From Candidatus Shapirobacteria bacterium (GTDB taxonomy: Bacteria > Patescibacteriota > Microgenomatia > UBA12405), in assembly GCA_041659325.1 (NCBI GenBank), contig JBAZYN010000002.1, positions 140,906 to 204,905 of the forward strand: a stretch of DNA of 64,000 nt. The letters are read 5' to 3'. The translations under genes were made by a program, and so were the position numbers. Below, piece by piece: positions 36,883-45,750 of this stretch (within the stretch, counting starts at the first letter, position 1; every line of letters starts with the position of its first letter). The notes beneath the pieces were generated by a model. It had not been told where the DNA came from. It saw nothing but the letters and a program-made list of their open reading frames with translations, and did not search any database.

Positions 36883-38212
36883 TTTGAAAGAGTACAAGCA
36901 GTTTTTGACAAAAAATGAGAGAAATAAGGTGTATTTGAGAAAGAATACGGCCGGGGCGAGAATGGTTGCCGATAGCAAGCTAAAAACAAAGAGGCTTCTA
37001 ATGAAATCGGGGGTAGGGGTACCGAAGCTGATTGCCAGGTTTAGAAATCAAGAAGAACTGACGGCGTTTAAATGGGAAAAGCTAGAAGGTAATTTTGTGA
37101 TTAAGCCGGTTTCCGGGTATGGAGGAGAGGGGATTCTGATAATCCGGAGAAGGGGTAAGTGGGCGGGAGATTGGCAAAAGATGAACGGAGAGATGGTTAA
37201 TACTAAAGATATAAAACGACATTGCCAGGAGATTTTGGGAGGACGGTACAGCTTGTACGGGATGCCTGATTATGTGTTGGTCGAGGAGAGAGTAAAGATT
37301 CATCCATTATTTTTGTCAATTACCAGGTCGGGGACGCCGGATGTGAGGGTGATTGTTTACAATAGGGTACCAGTGATGGCGATGCTGCGGGTGCCGACTG
37401 ATAAAAGCGGAGGGAAGGCAAATCTGCAACAAGGGGCGATAGGCCTCGGGATTGATTTGGCCACCGGGATTACAACATTCGGGATTGAGGGCAAGGGGGG
37501 GCAGATTGAAAAGATTTATGACTATGGGAAAAAACGGAAAAGAAAAGTTAACGGGATTAAGATCCCTTTTTGGAGAGAGATTTTGGAGACGGCGATAAAA
37601 GTACAAATGTCGATTGAGGGACTTGGATTTATAGGAGTGGATATCGTGCTTGATAAGGAAAAAGGGCCGATGATTTTGGAGGTAAATGCTAGACCGGGAC
37701 TGTCAATTCAGTTGTGTAATAAGGCAGGGCTGAAATCGAGAATTGAAAAGATTGAAGGGATGGATGTCCGGAGTGTGGATCACGGAATAACTTTGGCAAA
37801 GTATTTGTTTGGAGAGAGTTTTTTTGAAAAAGTAGAAGAAAAGGAGAAAGCAAAAACGGTAGGACCTTTGGAAATGATTAAAATTAAGTTGGGGAAGGGC
37901 AAAAAGCTAGTAAAAGAAGTCAGAGCGAAGATTGATACAGGAGCATTCAGAAGCTCGATTGACAGAAGTTTGGCGGAAAGTTTGGGATTATTGTCTGACG
38001 AAAGGGTGTTGTATTATCGGCATTATCGATCATCTTTGGGAAAGCATAAAGACAGGCCGGTGATTGGGTTGACTTTTTGGCTTAAAGGGAAAAAGGTGGT
38101 AACGGCGGTGAATGTAGCCGACAGACATAAATTGAGAACGAAATTTCTGTTGGGGAGAAAAGATCTGGAGGGTTTTTTGGTTTCGGCAAAAAAACAAAAT
38201 GAAAAACAATAA
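36875..38212 (+). CDS. RimK-related ATP-grasp ligase fused to a C-terminal retropepsin-like protease (RimB/DUF785-type, DTGA active site)
   Basis: ATP-grasp core FVIKPVSGYGGEGILII ... GFIGVDIVLDKEKGPMILEVNARPG. The C-terminal 110 aa contain AKIDTGAFRSSID (D-T-G-A) and GRKDLEGFLV, like the stand-alone protease encoded beside rimK in other bacteria. Confidence 0.6.
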   Translation: MFNLKEYKQFLTKNERNKVYLRKNTAGARMVADSKLKTKRLLMKSGVGVPKLIARFRNQEELTAFKWEKLEGNFVIKPVSGYGGEGILIIRRRGKWAGDWQKMNGEMVNTKDIKRHCQEILGGRYSLYGMPDYVLVEERVKIHPLFLSITRSGTPDVRVIVYNRVPVMAMLRVPTDKSGGKANLQQGAIGLGIDLATGITTFGIEGKGGQIEKIYDYGKKRKRKVNGIKIPFWREILETAIKVQMSIEGLGFIGVDIVLDKEKGPMILEVNARPGLSIQLCNKAGLKSRIEKIEGMDVRSVDHGITLAKYLFGESFFEKVEEKEKAKTVGPLEMIKIKLGKGKKLVKEVRAKIDTGAFRSSIDRSLAESLGLLSDERVLYYRHYRSSLGKHKDRPVIGLTFWLKGKKVVTAVNVADRHKLRTKFLLGRKDLEGFLVSAKKQNEKQ

Positions 38213-38312
38213 CTCAAATAAACGAAATAATTTTCAATATAATTTTTTTCGCTGTGAATGTGTTGCCACGTTCAACGCTCTAAAAATTACATTTTCAAAT
38301 TATTTTTAATAT

Positions 38313-39437
38313 ATGAAAAATAAAAAAATAGCAATATTTTTTGGAGGAAAGATCACCCATCACCTGAGGCTGCTGAGGATGGCGGCGAGGAAACTCCGGG
38401 TACAGCTGGATCTGGTTTCTTATAATAGGGTTTGTTTTGAAGCGGGTAAGGGGGTATATATAAGAGGAGATAAGGCCAGGATGAACGAAACCTGGGAAGT
38501 TTCGGAATATGACGTGTTGTTTTTCAGAACGACGGGGAAACACTGGGAAGAAGTAAGTTTAATTTTGGATGCTGTGAAAGGGAAGGACATAACGGTGGTT
38601 GACCCTTTGGTAAAAAATGGGAGGCCGTCTGATGCCTGTAAGGCTTATCAAATGCTGGAGTTGGCTAAGGCAGGCATAGGGGTGCCAAAAACAATATACG
38701 GAAGTTTGTGGTATCTGTATGAGATGATGAAAAATAAGACACAGTTTTCTGATCAGCATTTTTTTTCCTCCGGTGAATGTGGTGCCACGTTCAATGTTGT
38801 AAAAAAAACACTGATGACGAAAGCTGATTTGGATCAGAAAAATTTATTGGCTTCGGACTTTGCGTTGGATTTTAATTTTCCGATAATTTTGAAGGGGAGC
38901 GGGGGGGATAGGGGGAGCCGGGTGTTTAAAATTGATAACCTGGAAGAGATGGAAAAGATGGTGCGGGCATTGAGGAAATCCGAGACGGTAGAGGGTAAGC
39001 GATATATGGTTCAAAAATTTATCCCGAACAGCGGTGATTATCGGCTGCTGATTTTGGGCGAGAAAGTGCTGGGAGTGATGAAAAGAAGCAGCCAAAGTAT
39101 TGAGGAGTTTCGTAATAATTATTCGGTGGGGGGAAAGGTGGAAGTGGCGGATTTGCCGGAGTCAATAAAAAAGATGGCAGTGAAGGCGGCAAAAGTTTGT
39201 GGATTGATGGTGGCGGGGGTGGATGTGATGGAAAAGCCAAAATCTAATAGTCTTAAAGTCTTAAAATCTGAAAGTCTGAAAGTCAAAAGTCGAAGTTTTG
39301 AGGATGGGGAAATGAGTGGGGATTCTAATGATTATGTGGTGCTGGAAGTGAATAAGGGGCCACAGTTTAGGGGATTTATGGAAGCGACGGGAATTGATGT
39401 ACCGAAAGAAATCATTAAATTTTTAATAAGTTTATAA
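38313..39437 (+). CDS. RimK-like ATP-grasp ligase (paralog 2) with an in-frame repeat insert
   Basis: IILKGSGGDRGSRVF, LLILGEKVLGVMKR and YVVLEVNKGPQF. An AGTCNNAA array is inserted at 39241-39294, giving KSNSLKVLKSESLKVKSRS. Confidence 0.65.
   Translation: MKNKKIAIFFGGKITHHLRLLRMAARKLRVQLDLVSYNRVCFEAGKGVYIRGDKARMNETWEVSEYDVLFFRTTGKHWEEVSLILDAVKGKDITVVDPLVKNGRPSDACKAYQMLELAKAGIGVPKTIYGSLWYLYEMMKNKTQFSDQHFFSSGECGATFNVVKKTLMTKADLDQKNLLASDFALDFNFPIILKGSGGDRGSRVFKIDNLEEMEKMVRALRKSETVEGKRYMVQKFIPNSGDYRLLILGEKVLGVMKRSSQSIEEFRNNYSVGGKVEVADLPESIKKMAVKAAKVCGLMVAGVDVMEKPKSNSLKVLKSESLKVKSRSFEDGEMSGDSNDYVVLEVNKGPQFRGFMEATGIDVPKEIIKFLISL
39241..39294. repeat. AGTCNNAA array (A2, in-frame in RimK-like paralog 2)
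   Basis: aatctaat agtcttaa agtcttaa aatctgaa agtctgaa agtcaaa agtcgaag. Confidence 0.85.
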
Positions 39438-39520
39438 GTTAATGTGTATAATCAAATTTTTGCAGTGCTTCCGCCAGAGGCGGACTCCGCTCAGCTTCGC
39501 ACGCACTTTGCTTGACATGA

Positions 39521-40564
39521 TTGCGCGCGAAAAATCTTTATGTTTCGTCAAAATGTATAAATTATAAAAATATGAATAAAAAAATAATTACATTTACAAT
39601 GTCGCTGAAACAAAGTCAGTTTGAGGTTGATAGGTTGGAGCAAGAGGCAAAAAAGTTGGGAGTGGAGGTGAACAGGGCGCTTTATCGGGAGTTGAGCTTT
39701 GATTTGAACGAGAGAAGTAGGGTGTTTGTCAAAGGGGAGGAGGTGACGAAAGAGAATACTTTGGGGATGTGGTTTAGAGTAGCGGGGACGATAAGCGGAA
39801 AATATACGGAGGGGAGAAATATGGCGATAAGATTACTACAGGACAGGATTTTTTGTGCTAACCATGCGGGTTATTTGGGGTGGACGAGAATGGGGAAGAT
39901 TGCTCAACACGCGGTATTTTTGGAGAATCAAATTCCCGTAGTCGCGACTAAAATTTTTTATACTAAAGAGCAGGTATTAAATCCCTCTAAATCTCCCTTT
40001 GACAAGGGAGACTTGGGTTTGGGATGGCCTATGATTGCTAAGCATGAGAGAGGGTATCAGGGGAAATCGGTAAGAAAGTTTGAGAACTTTTTGGAATTAG
40101 AGAAATTTGTGATGAAAATGGACGAGATTAATGTGGGGATGTTTTTGTGGCAAAGGTATTTGCCGACAAAATGGGATATCCGAGTGATTGTTCTGGACGG
40201 AAAGGTAATCGGGGCGATGAAGAGGATGGCAAGAGGGAATGAATTCAGAAGTAATTATAGCCTGGGTGGGGCGGTGGAGGCTTGGGATTTGTCGGATAGT
40301 GACAGGATTTTGGCTGAGAAAGTGGCAAAGGTTTGCGGACTGGACTATTGCGGGGTGGATATAATGAAGAGTCCGAAATCCCTCTCTCCAACTAAAGTTG
40401 GAGCCTCCCCCTTTGAGGAAAGGGGGATTTTCAAAGAAGAAGATTATGATAGTTATATTTTGGAGGTGAATAGGCAGTGCCAATTTAAGGGGTTTGAGGA
40501 AGCAACCGGAATTAATGTAGCAAAAGCAGTGGTGGAGATGTTTTTGAAGAGAAATTCAGGGTAA
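39521..40564 (+). CDS. RimK-like ATP-grasp ligase (paralog 3) with two in-frame palindromic-element inserts
   Basis: WPMIAKHERGYQGKSV, VIVLDGKVIGAMKR and YILEVNRQCQF. The inserts NPSKSPFDKGDLGLG (39979-40013) and SPKSLSPTKVGASPFEERGIF (40376-40431) coincide with GC-rich hairpin elements. The true start may be MNKKIITF at 39572. Confidence 0.65.
   Translation: MRAKNLYVSSKCINYKNMNKKIITFTMSLKQSQFEVDRLEQEAKKLGVEVNRALYRELSFDLNERSRVFVKGEEVTKENTLGMWFRVAGTISGKYTEGRNMAIRLLQDRIFCANHAGYLGWTRMGKIAQHAVFLENQIPVVATKIFYTKEQVLNPSKSPFDKGDLGLGWPMIAKHERGYQGKSVRKFENFLELEKFVMKMDEINVGMFLWQRYLPTKWDIRVIVLDGKVIGAMKRMARGNEFRSNYSLGGAVEAWDLSDSDRILAEKVAKVCGLDYCGVDIMKSPKSLSPTKVGASPFEERGIFKEEDYDSYILEVNRQCQFKGFEEATGINVAKAVVEMFLKRNSG
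39979..40013. repeat. palindromic element (P3), in-frame in RimK-like paralog 3
   Basis: aatccctctaaaTCTCCCTTTGACAAGGGAGActt, identical to P5. Confidence 0.85.
40376..40431. repeat. compound palindromic element (P4), in-frame in RimK-like paralog 3
   Basis: aaatccctctctCCAACTAAAGTTGGagcctCCCCCTTTGAGGAAAGGGGGattt. It contains two hairpins. Confidence 0.75.
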
Positions 40565-41242
40565 GAGTGGAGTGGGGGTGGGAGGGAAGAGATTGGTGTT
40601 TGGGACAAAAGAGCGGGAACAAGAAGAAGAAAAGAGGGCGTTTTTGAGATCGGAGAAGGTATTGATTTGGCCCATGCAGGATAAGTATTGGAATTTTAGG
40701 GCGGAAGCGCGATGGGCATCGCTAGTAAAGATACATGGCAGGGGATGGGGCTCGTTTGGAGTGTCGGTACACTCCATAGCATCAATACCAGAGCCGGTTA
40801 ACTCGTCGGGGGTGTATTTAAATATTTCAACATAAGGGTGAGCGGCGATTGCGAGGCCACCTTGGGCGTGAACTTCGGCCACCTGTTTGGTTATTGGCTG
40901 ATATGGATTAATAGTTTTGGTGATATTTATGGCTAAAAGATGAGTGCGATTGGAGGTAATTTCTAGCCCAGGTATGCAATAGATTCTGGTTTCGGAAAGA
41001 CACCTTTGGATTACTTCGGGGCAAATTTTGTGGTCGGTGATGGCGATAAATTTGAAATTAAGATCGAGAGCAGATTGAATCATGGTTTCATAATCATCGT
41101 GGCCGTCGGAACAGGTGGTGTGGGTGTGAAGGTTGCCTAAACTTGGAGATTGGAGCATTTCGGGACGGTTGACAAAAACGTGGAATACTATTATTAGTAG
41201 TAACGTGAAAAGAAGAATGTAGGGATAATATTTGGTAACCAT
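40556..41242 (-). CDS. PHP-domain metal-dependent phosphoesterase with N-terminal TM
   Basis: LHTHTTCSDGHD...ITDH...AAHPY...SDAH motifs. Confidence 0.65.
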   Translation of the reverse strand: MVTKYYPYILLFTLLLIIVFHVFVNRPEMLQSPSLGNLHTHTTCSDGHDDYETMIQSALDLNFKFIAITDHKICPEVIQRCLSETRIYCIPGLEITSNRTHLLAINITKTINPYQPITKQVAEVHAQGGLAIAAHPYVEIFKYTPDELTGSGIDAMECTDTPNEPHPLPCIFTSDAHRASALKFQYLSCMGQINTFSDLKNALFSSSCSRSFVPNTNLFPPTPTPLLP

Positions 41243-41747
41243 CCTTTTTCTATTCTATACTGATGTGGTGGAGATTATTAAACCTAAAGCAGAGAATTTG
41301 GAACAAATTAAAAGTATTCTGGAACAGTGGACTGACAGGGAGGAGGTGGATAAGTATGTGGCAAGAATTTCAAATGAGATTAATGGGAGGACAGAATTTA
41401 ATATGCAGTTTTGGGTGGCGGTGGAAGATAAGAATGCTGTCGGAATTGTTGGTCTGAGCAACCTTTTACCGAAAATATTATTTTTTGGGAAAACAAGTAA
41501 CCCGGGAGAGATAAAAATATTGTATGTTGATACGAAACGGCAAGGTAAGGGGGTTGGTAAAATGCTTGTGAATTTTATTGAACATGAAGCAAAAAAACAG
41601 AAATATTCTGAATTGTTGGTTAGAAGCGCTTTCCGATACAGAGATACTGCGTGGGGTTTTTATCGAAAGATGGGCTATCTTGCAAAGGGAGAAATTGGCA
41701 GCGGAGAGAATTTGAAAACAATGCAGGTGTTCGGAAAATTATTGTAG
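41232..41747 (+). CDS. GNAT family N-acetyltransferase
   Basis: Acetyl-CoA motif RQGKGVGKMLVNFIEHEAKK. The start probably lies downstream of 41232, since the longest ORF overlaps the PHP gene. Confidence 0.6.
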   Translation: MVTILFLFYTDVVEIIKPKAENLEQIKSILEQWTDREEVDKYVARISNEINGRTEFNMQFWVAVEDKNAVGIVGLSNLLPKILFFGKTSNPGEIKILYVDTKRQGKGVGKMLVNFIEHEAKKQKYSELLVRSAFRYRDTAWGFYRKMGYLAKGEIGSGENLKTMQVFGKLL

Positions 41748-41836
41748 ACGAAGTCTGTTCTAAATAGAAACTAACTATTGTAAAACCGGACGTTGTTTGT
41801 GGTAAAGTTAATTATTAGACGTTTAACATACTTATT

Positions 41837-44302
41837 GTGAACAAGAAACCAAAGGTCTTGTATTATTTGGTCCTGTTATTGGCGTTGGGAGCGGCGGTGT
41901 ATTTGGCCGGGAAGAGCCAGGAAACAAGGAGAGGAGCTTATTTTGCCGGAGCCAGGGTGAATATATTGCCGGAAATGATTACCGGAAAGGTGGGGGCGGT
42001 GGTGCCGGTTCAAGTTTGGGTGACGAGTAACCAAATTGCCGGATCTGCGGAACTGGCGAAGGTAAGCTCACTTGACGCGACCGTGTGTTATGGTGACGAA
42101 TTGGTTTTGAATGCTGATACTTTGGATGAGGATTTGCAACTGAACACTGCAGCTTTTAAGAGTGTTGCCTTTAAACAAATTCAAACGCTGCCAACTTCTG
42201 TGGACGGAACAAACAAATGTTTAAAAATGGTTTTGATAACTACCGGGATACAGCCTGCCAGTTTGAAATCAGGGACTTTTCAGGCGGCAACAGTGAGGTT
42301 TAGGGGGGCAAAAGCCGGAAGCGGAAAAGTGATAATTAATACGGTGACAATGGGAGGATATAATCCTGCTCCCGGGGCAACTGATATGAGCCTGGAGGTG
42401 TCGGAAAAGAGAGGGGCAAGTTATACAATTAGCGGGACGTCGGTGACGGGAGATGTAAATTTTTACCCAATTGATTCACAAAATAAGGCAGTAGTGGTCG
42501 GTCAGTCGGTTGAGGGATTTTTGAATTTTGCAATTGGGACGAAAAAGCTGAGCGGGGTTGATTTTAGACTAAAATACGATAAAAATTTGTTGAAGTTTGA
42601 ATCGATTACGCCAATATTAACTAGCGGGGTGGCCGGTTTGGGGGCAAACTGTAATTCGGCGCTGTTTGGGGCCGAAAGTGATTTGTTGGATAAAAGAGTA
42701 GACGAGACTAATGGAACGATTAACTTGGCCGGTGTATCTATGGAAACTGATGACACTAAGTTTGCGACAGGAAATGTGTGTTTGGCAAGATTCAAATTTA
42801 GAGCGCTAGTGAACGGAGAAGCGGTAGTTACTTTGGATACTAATTATGAGAATATGGCGGCGGGTTATTTTCCGGGACAGGCGGACCAGAGCATAGGAGT
42901 GGGAAATATTGTTCCACTTAGATTTGTTATTGGTGGGGGGAGTGTTCCAACCAATACACCGACAGTGAGGCCAACCAATACCCCATGGATACAGCAACCA
43001 ACTAATACGCCGTGGATTAGACCAACTAATACACCGATAGTGAGGCCAACTAACACGCCGTGGATTAGACCAACTAATACACCGATAGTGAGGCCAACTA
43101 ACACGCCATGGATTAGACCAACTAATACACCGATAGTGAGGCCAACTAATACCCCATGGATACAGCAACCAACAAATACTCCGTGGATACAGCAACCAAC
43201 TAATACGCCGACAGTGAGGCCAACTAATACCCCATGGATACAGCAACCAACAAATACTCCGTGGATACAGCAACCAACTAATACACCGACAGTGAGGCCA
43301 ACTAATACCCCATGGACACCTTCCCCGACTGCGCAACCGACAACTCCTGTTTGTGGCAACGATGAACTGGCAGGACAAGGGGTGAGCGAGATAGAGTATG
43401 AAGTGGGAATGACTTCGGGTCATTTTACCTTTTCTTGGGCGTTGTATGCATTACCCGATAAGGCAGAAGTGTTCTATGAAGGGACAAAATTGTTTGAAGT
43501 AGCGGATGATAACGATGATTTTAAGGAGGTTGTCCTCAATTTTGGACCTGGTACCTCAACAAAGATTAAGGTGAGGATTGCTCCTGAAGATGGGGTTACC
43601 GAATCTTTGTGGTATTACAAAATTGACTGCCCAGTAGCCGGACATGTTCAACCGACCAGTACTCCAGTCGGACCGACAAATACACCAGTTAGACCGACGG
43701 CGACTCCAGTACCAGCAACCGCCGGGTGGCCGATTCTGAAATATATGATCTCCTACAGGGATGTAATATCCGGTAATATGTGTGCGACTGATTGGCCGGT
43801 GGTAATTACGGCTGTTGCTCAGGATGGAACGACTAAGGTATATCAAGGGCAGAGGCCGGTTAGGGACACATCTATTAGTACCGCCATGGTCTATAGGGGC
43901 CAATTAACTTTGACAGATTTTCCTTATTATGAAAAAGTGGCTATTTTCTTTAAGGGGCCAAAGCATCTACAGAGTAAGTATGGAGTTAATAACCAGAATG
44001 TTTATTATGCCTATGCCGGCGGAAATATCGTAATGACTGATAATGAGTCGGCTACTCCGGTCTATGATTTCAGCGGTTATCCTTTGATGCCGGGTGATGT
44101 AACAGGTGAGACAGTGGGAGCTCCGGATGGGGTAGTGGACGGAAGAGATTATTCTTTCGTGAAGGCGGCCGCAACCAGAATCGACGAAGTAGGTGATGGT
44201 GATTACCTGCAGGCCGATATGGATGGAAACTGCAAGGTAAACGGGATGGATACTGCTTACTTTAAACAAACACTAAAAGATAAGTTGGAACAGATGTATT
44301 AG
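41837..44302 (+). CDS. membrane-anchored surface protein: cohesin-like N-terminal domain, ~15 tandem PTNTP(W/I)(I/V)(R/Q) repeats, C-terminal dockerin-like Ca-binding repeat
   Basis: GTG start. It has an N-terminal TM and then a domain paralogous to the N-terminus of the 63111 gene. 24-nt tandem repeats span 42946-43318. The C-terminus has ADMDGNCKVNGMDTAYFK (a D-x-D-G-x-x-N-x-x-D dockerin-type loop). Confidence 0.65.
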   Translation: MNKKPKVLYYLVLLLALGAAVYLAGKSQETRRGAYFAGARVNILPEMITGKVGAVVPVQVWVTSNQIAGSAELAKVSSLDATVCYGDELVLNADTLDEDLQLNTAAFKSVAFKQIQTLPTSVDGTNKCLKMVLITTGIQPASLKSGTFQAATVRFRGAKAGSGKVIINTVTMGGYNPAPGATDMSLEVSEKRGASYTISGTSVTGDVNFYPIDSQNKAVVVGQSVEGFLNFAIGTKKLSGVDFRLKYDKNLLKFESITPILTSGVAGLGANCNSALFGAESDLLDKRVDETNGTINLAGVSMETDDTKFATGNVCLARFKFRALVNGEAVVTLDTNYENMAAGYFPGQADQSIGVGNIVPLRFVIGGGSVPTNTPTVRPTNTPWIQQPTNTPWIRPTNTPIVRPTNTPWIRPTNTPIVRPTNTPWIRPTNTPIVRPTNTPWIQQPTNTPWIQQPTNTPTVRPTNTPWIQQPTNTPWIQQPTNTPTVRPTNTPWTPSPTAQPTTPVCGNDELAGQGVSEIEYEVGMTSGHFTFSWALYALPDKAEVFYEGTKLFEVADDNDDFKEVVLNFGPGTSTKIKVRIAPEDGVTESLWYYKIDCPVAGHVQPTSTPVGPTNTPVRPTATPVPATAGWPILKYMISYRDVISGNMCATDWPVVITAVAQDGTTKVYQGQRPVRDTSISTAMVYRGQLTLTDFPYYEKVAIFFKGPKHLQSKYGVNNQNVYYAYAGGNIVMTDNESATPVYDFSGYPLMPGDVTGETVGAPDGVVDGRDYSFVKAAATRIDEVGDGDYLQADMDGNCKVNGMDTAYFKQTLKDKLEQMY
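42946..43318 (+). repeat. 24-nt coding tandem repeat (~15.5 copies) with 48/72-nt higher-order structure
   Basis: Alternating ccaactaatacaccgatagtgagg (PTNTPIVR) and ccaactaacacgccgtggattaga (PTNTPWIR) units. Toward the 3' side it runs PTNTPWIQQ-PTNTPWIQQ-PTNTPTVR. Confidence 0.9.
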
Positions 44303-44337
44303 ACCATGCTATACTAACCGGAATTGGGGGAAGATGA

Positions 44338-44411
44338 GGGTGATTAGCTCAGTTGGTTAGAGCACCGTCCTGATAAGACGGGGGTCAATAGTTCGAGTCT
44401 ATTATCACCCA
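44338..44411 (+). tRNA. tRNA-Ile (anticodon GAT)
   Basis: Acceptor GGGTGAT/ATCACCC, D-loop TAGCTCAGTTGGTTAGAGC, anticodon stem CCGTC/GACGG with loop cTGATaa, and T-arm GGTTCGAGTCT. Confidence 0.85.
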
Positions 44412-44764
44412 CATATGGGCGAGAGTTATTGTGAACAAGTAAAGGGTGGGGGTATGAGGCTATGTTACAATTAAGCTATGAGTAGGTTTACTGTATTGAA
44501 GGTGTTTTGTTTCTTTGCGGCGGTGGGATTGATTGCTTTTGGAAGTGTGGAAAATGTAGGGCGAACGATAAAATTTGCTTTTGAAAAGTTTAATCGGTAA
44601 GTGAAATTTGTCTTATTGACGAATTAACCGTATTTAGGTAGAATAGGAACACTTGCGGATGTTGACGAATAAGAAATATAAGTTCAAAAATTTTTGAGGA
44701 AGTAGTATTTTTGAACTCATAGGGCCGCAAGATGCGGCTCTTTTTATTTTTGGACTAAGGCCTT

Positions 44765-44838
44765 GGGCCTGTGGCTTAGTTGGTTATAGCGCTTCATTTG
44801 CAATGAAGAGGTCGGGAGTTCGACTCTCCCCAGGTCCA
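44765..44838 (+). tRNA. tRNA-Ala (anticodon TGC) with G3:U70 identity pair
   Basis: Acceptor GGGCCTG/CAGGTCC (G3·U70), anticodon stem CTTCA/TGAAG with loop tTTGCaa, and T-arm GGTTCGACTC. Confidence 0.85.
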
Positions 44839-44907
44839 CAACGTAAGAACGTACAATTTTGCAAAGCAAAACGTTACGTCCAACGTTGTTAGGATAAATC
44901 CACAACT

Positions 44908-44946
44908 AAGTCTGAAAGTTCAAAAGTCTTAAAGTCTTAAAGTTGA
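44908..44946. repeat. AGTCNNAA array (A3, spacer between tRNA-Ala and 23S)
   Basis: agtctgaa agttcaaa agtcttaa agtcttaa agttgagg. Confidence 0.8.
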
Positions 44947-45664
44947 GGAAGCAGTTAGAAATAAGGGAACAAATTTTGTTCCTTTAGACTGATTGCTGTA
45001 CATTAACAATCTGTTTGAATCAACAAGTAATAAAAAACAATTTCTTGGCAACTAAATTGAGTTGCCAAAGTTAAATAATAAATTTCGTTAAAGCAAATGG
45101 TGAATGCCTAGGTTGCTAAAGCCGAAGAAGGACGCAGAAGATAGCGAAATTCATTGGGGAGCTGTCAACAAGTAATGATCCAATGGTGTCCGAATGAGGA
45201 AACTCCCCCATTAGAAATATTGGGGTACCCAACGCAAGTTGAGGTAGGTAAGCCGGGGAACAGAAACATCCAAGTACCCGGAGGAAAATAAATCGTATGA
45301 GATTCCGTTAGTAGCGGTGAGCGAAACCGGATGAGCCTAAACTCTAGTCGCAAGACTAAGAGGGTTGCAGGGTTCGACCTTATGACAGGAAGAAACAGAA
45401 GAACGTTCTGGAATGGACGGCCGAAGACGGTGAAAGCCCCGTATTTTAAATTTCGAGTACTGTTTTAGTTGAATACCTAAGTACCGCGATCCACGTGAAA
45501 TGTCGCGGGAATCTGGGGCGACCAAGCTCCAAGGCTAAATACTTTAGCAGACCGATAGTGAACTAGTACCGCGAGGGAAAGGTGAAAAACACCCTATGTA
45601 AGGGGATGAAATAGATCTGAAACCATTTGCTAACAAACAGACAGAGCTTGTGCTTCGCACCTTG

Positions 45665-45750
45665 AGTCTAAAAGTTGCAAGTCTAAAAGTCTAAAAGTAA
45701 AAAAATACTTTAAAGACCTTGGACTTTAAGACTTTCGACTTAGAGCGCGG
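45665..45750. repeat. AGTCNNAA array plus its inverted copy forming a long hairpin inside 23S rRNA (A4)
   Basis: agtctaaa agttgcaa agtctaaa agtctaaa agtaaaaaaa, then tactttaaagaccttggactttaagactttcgactt, which is the reverse complement of another 8-mer array. Confidence 0.8.

Noticed and set aside
42806-43423. Minus-strand ORFs 42806-43423 and 42865-43359 rich in Trp/Cys/His
   Set aside because: They are antisense read-through of the 24-nt tandem repeat inside the 41837-44302 gene; the periodic sequence keeps the frame open artificially.
44412-44764. A 16S rRNA gene hidden in the tRNA-Ile/tRNA-Ala spacer or upstream
   Set aside because: The spacer is only ~350 nt and shows no 16S conserved blocks. 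Upstream is occupied by a long CDS.
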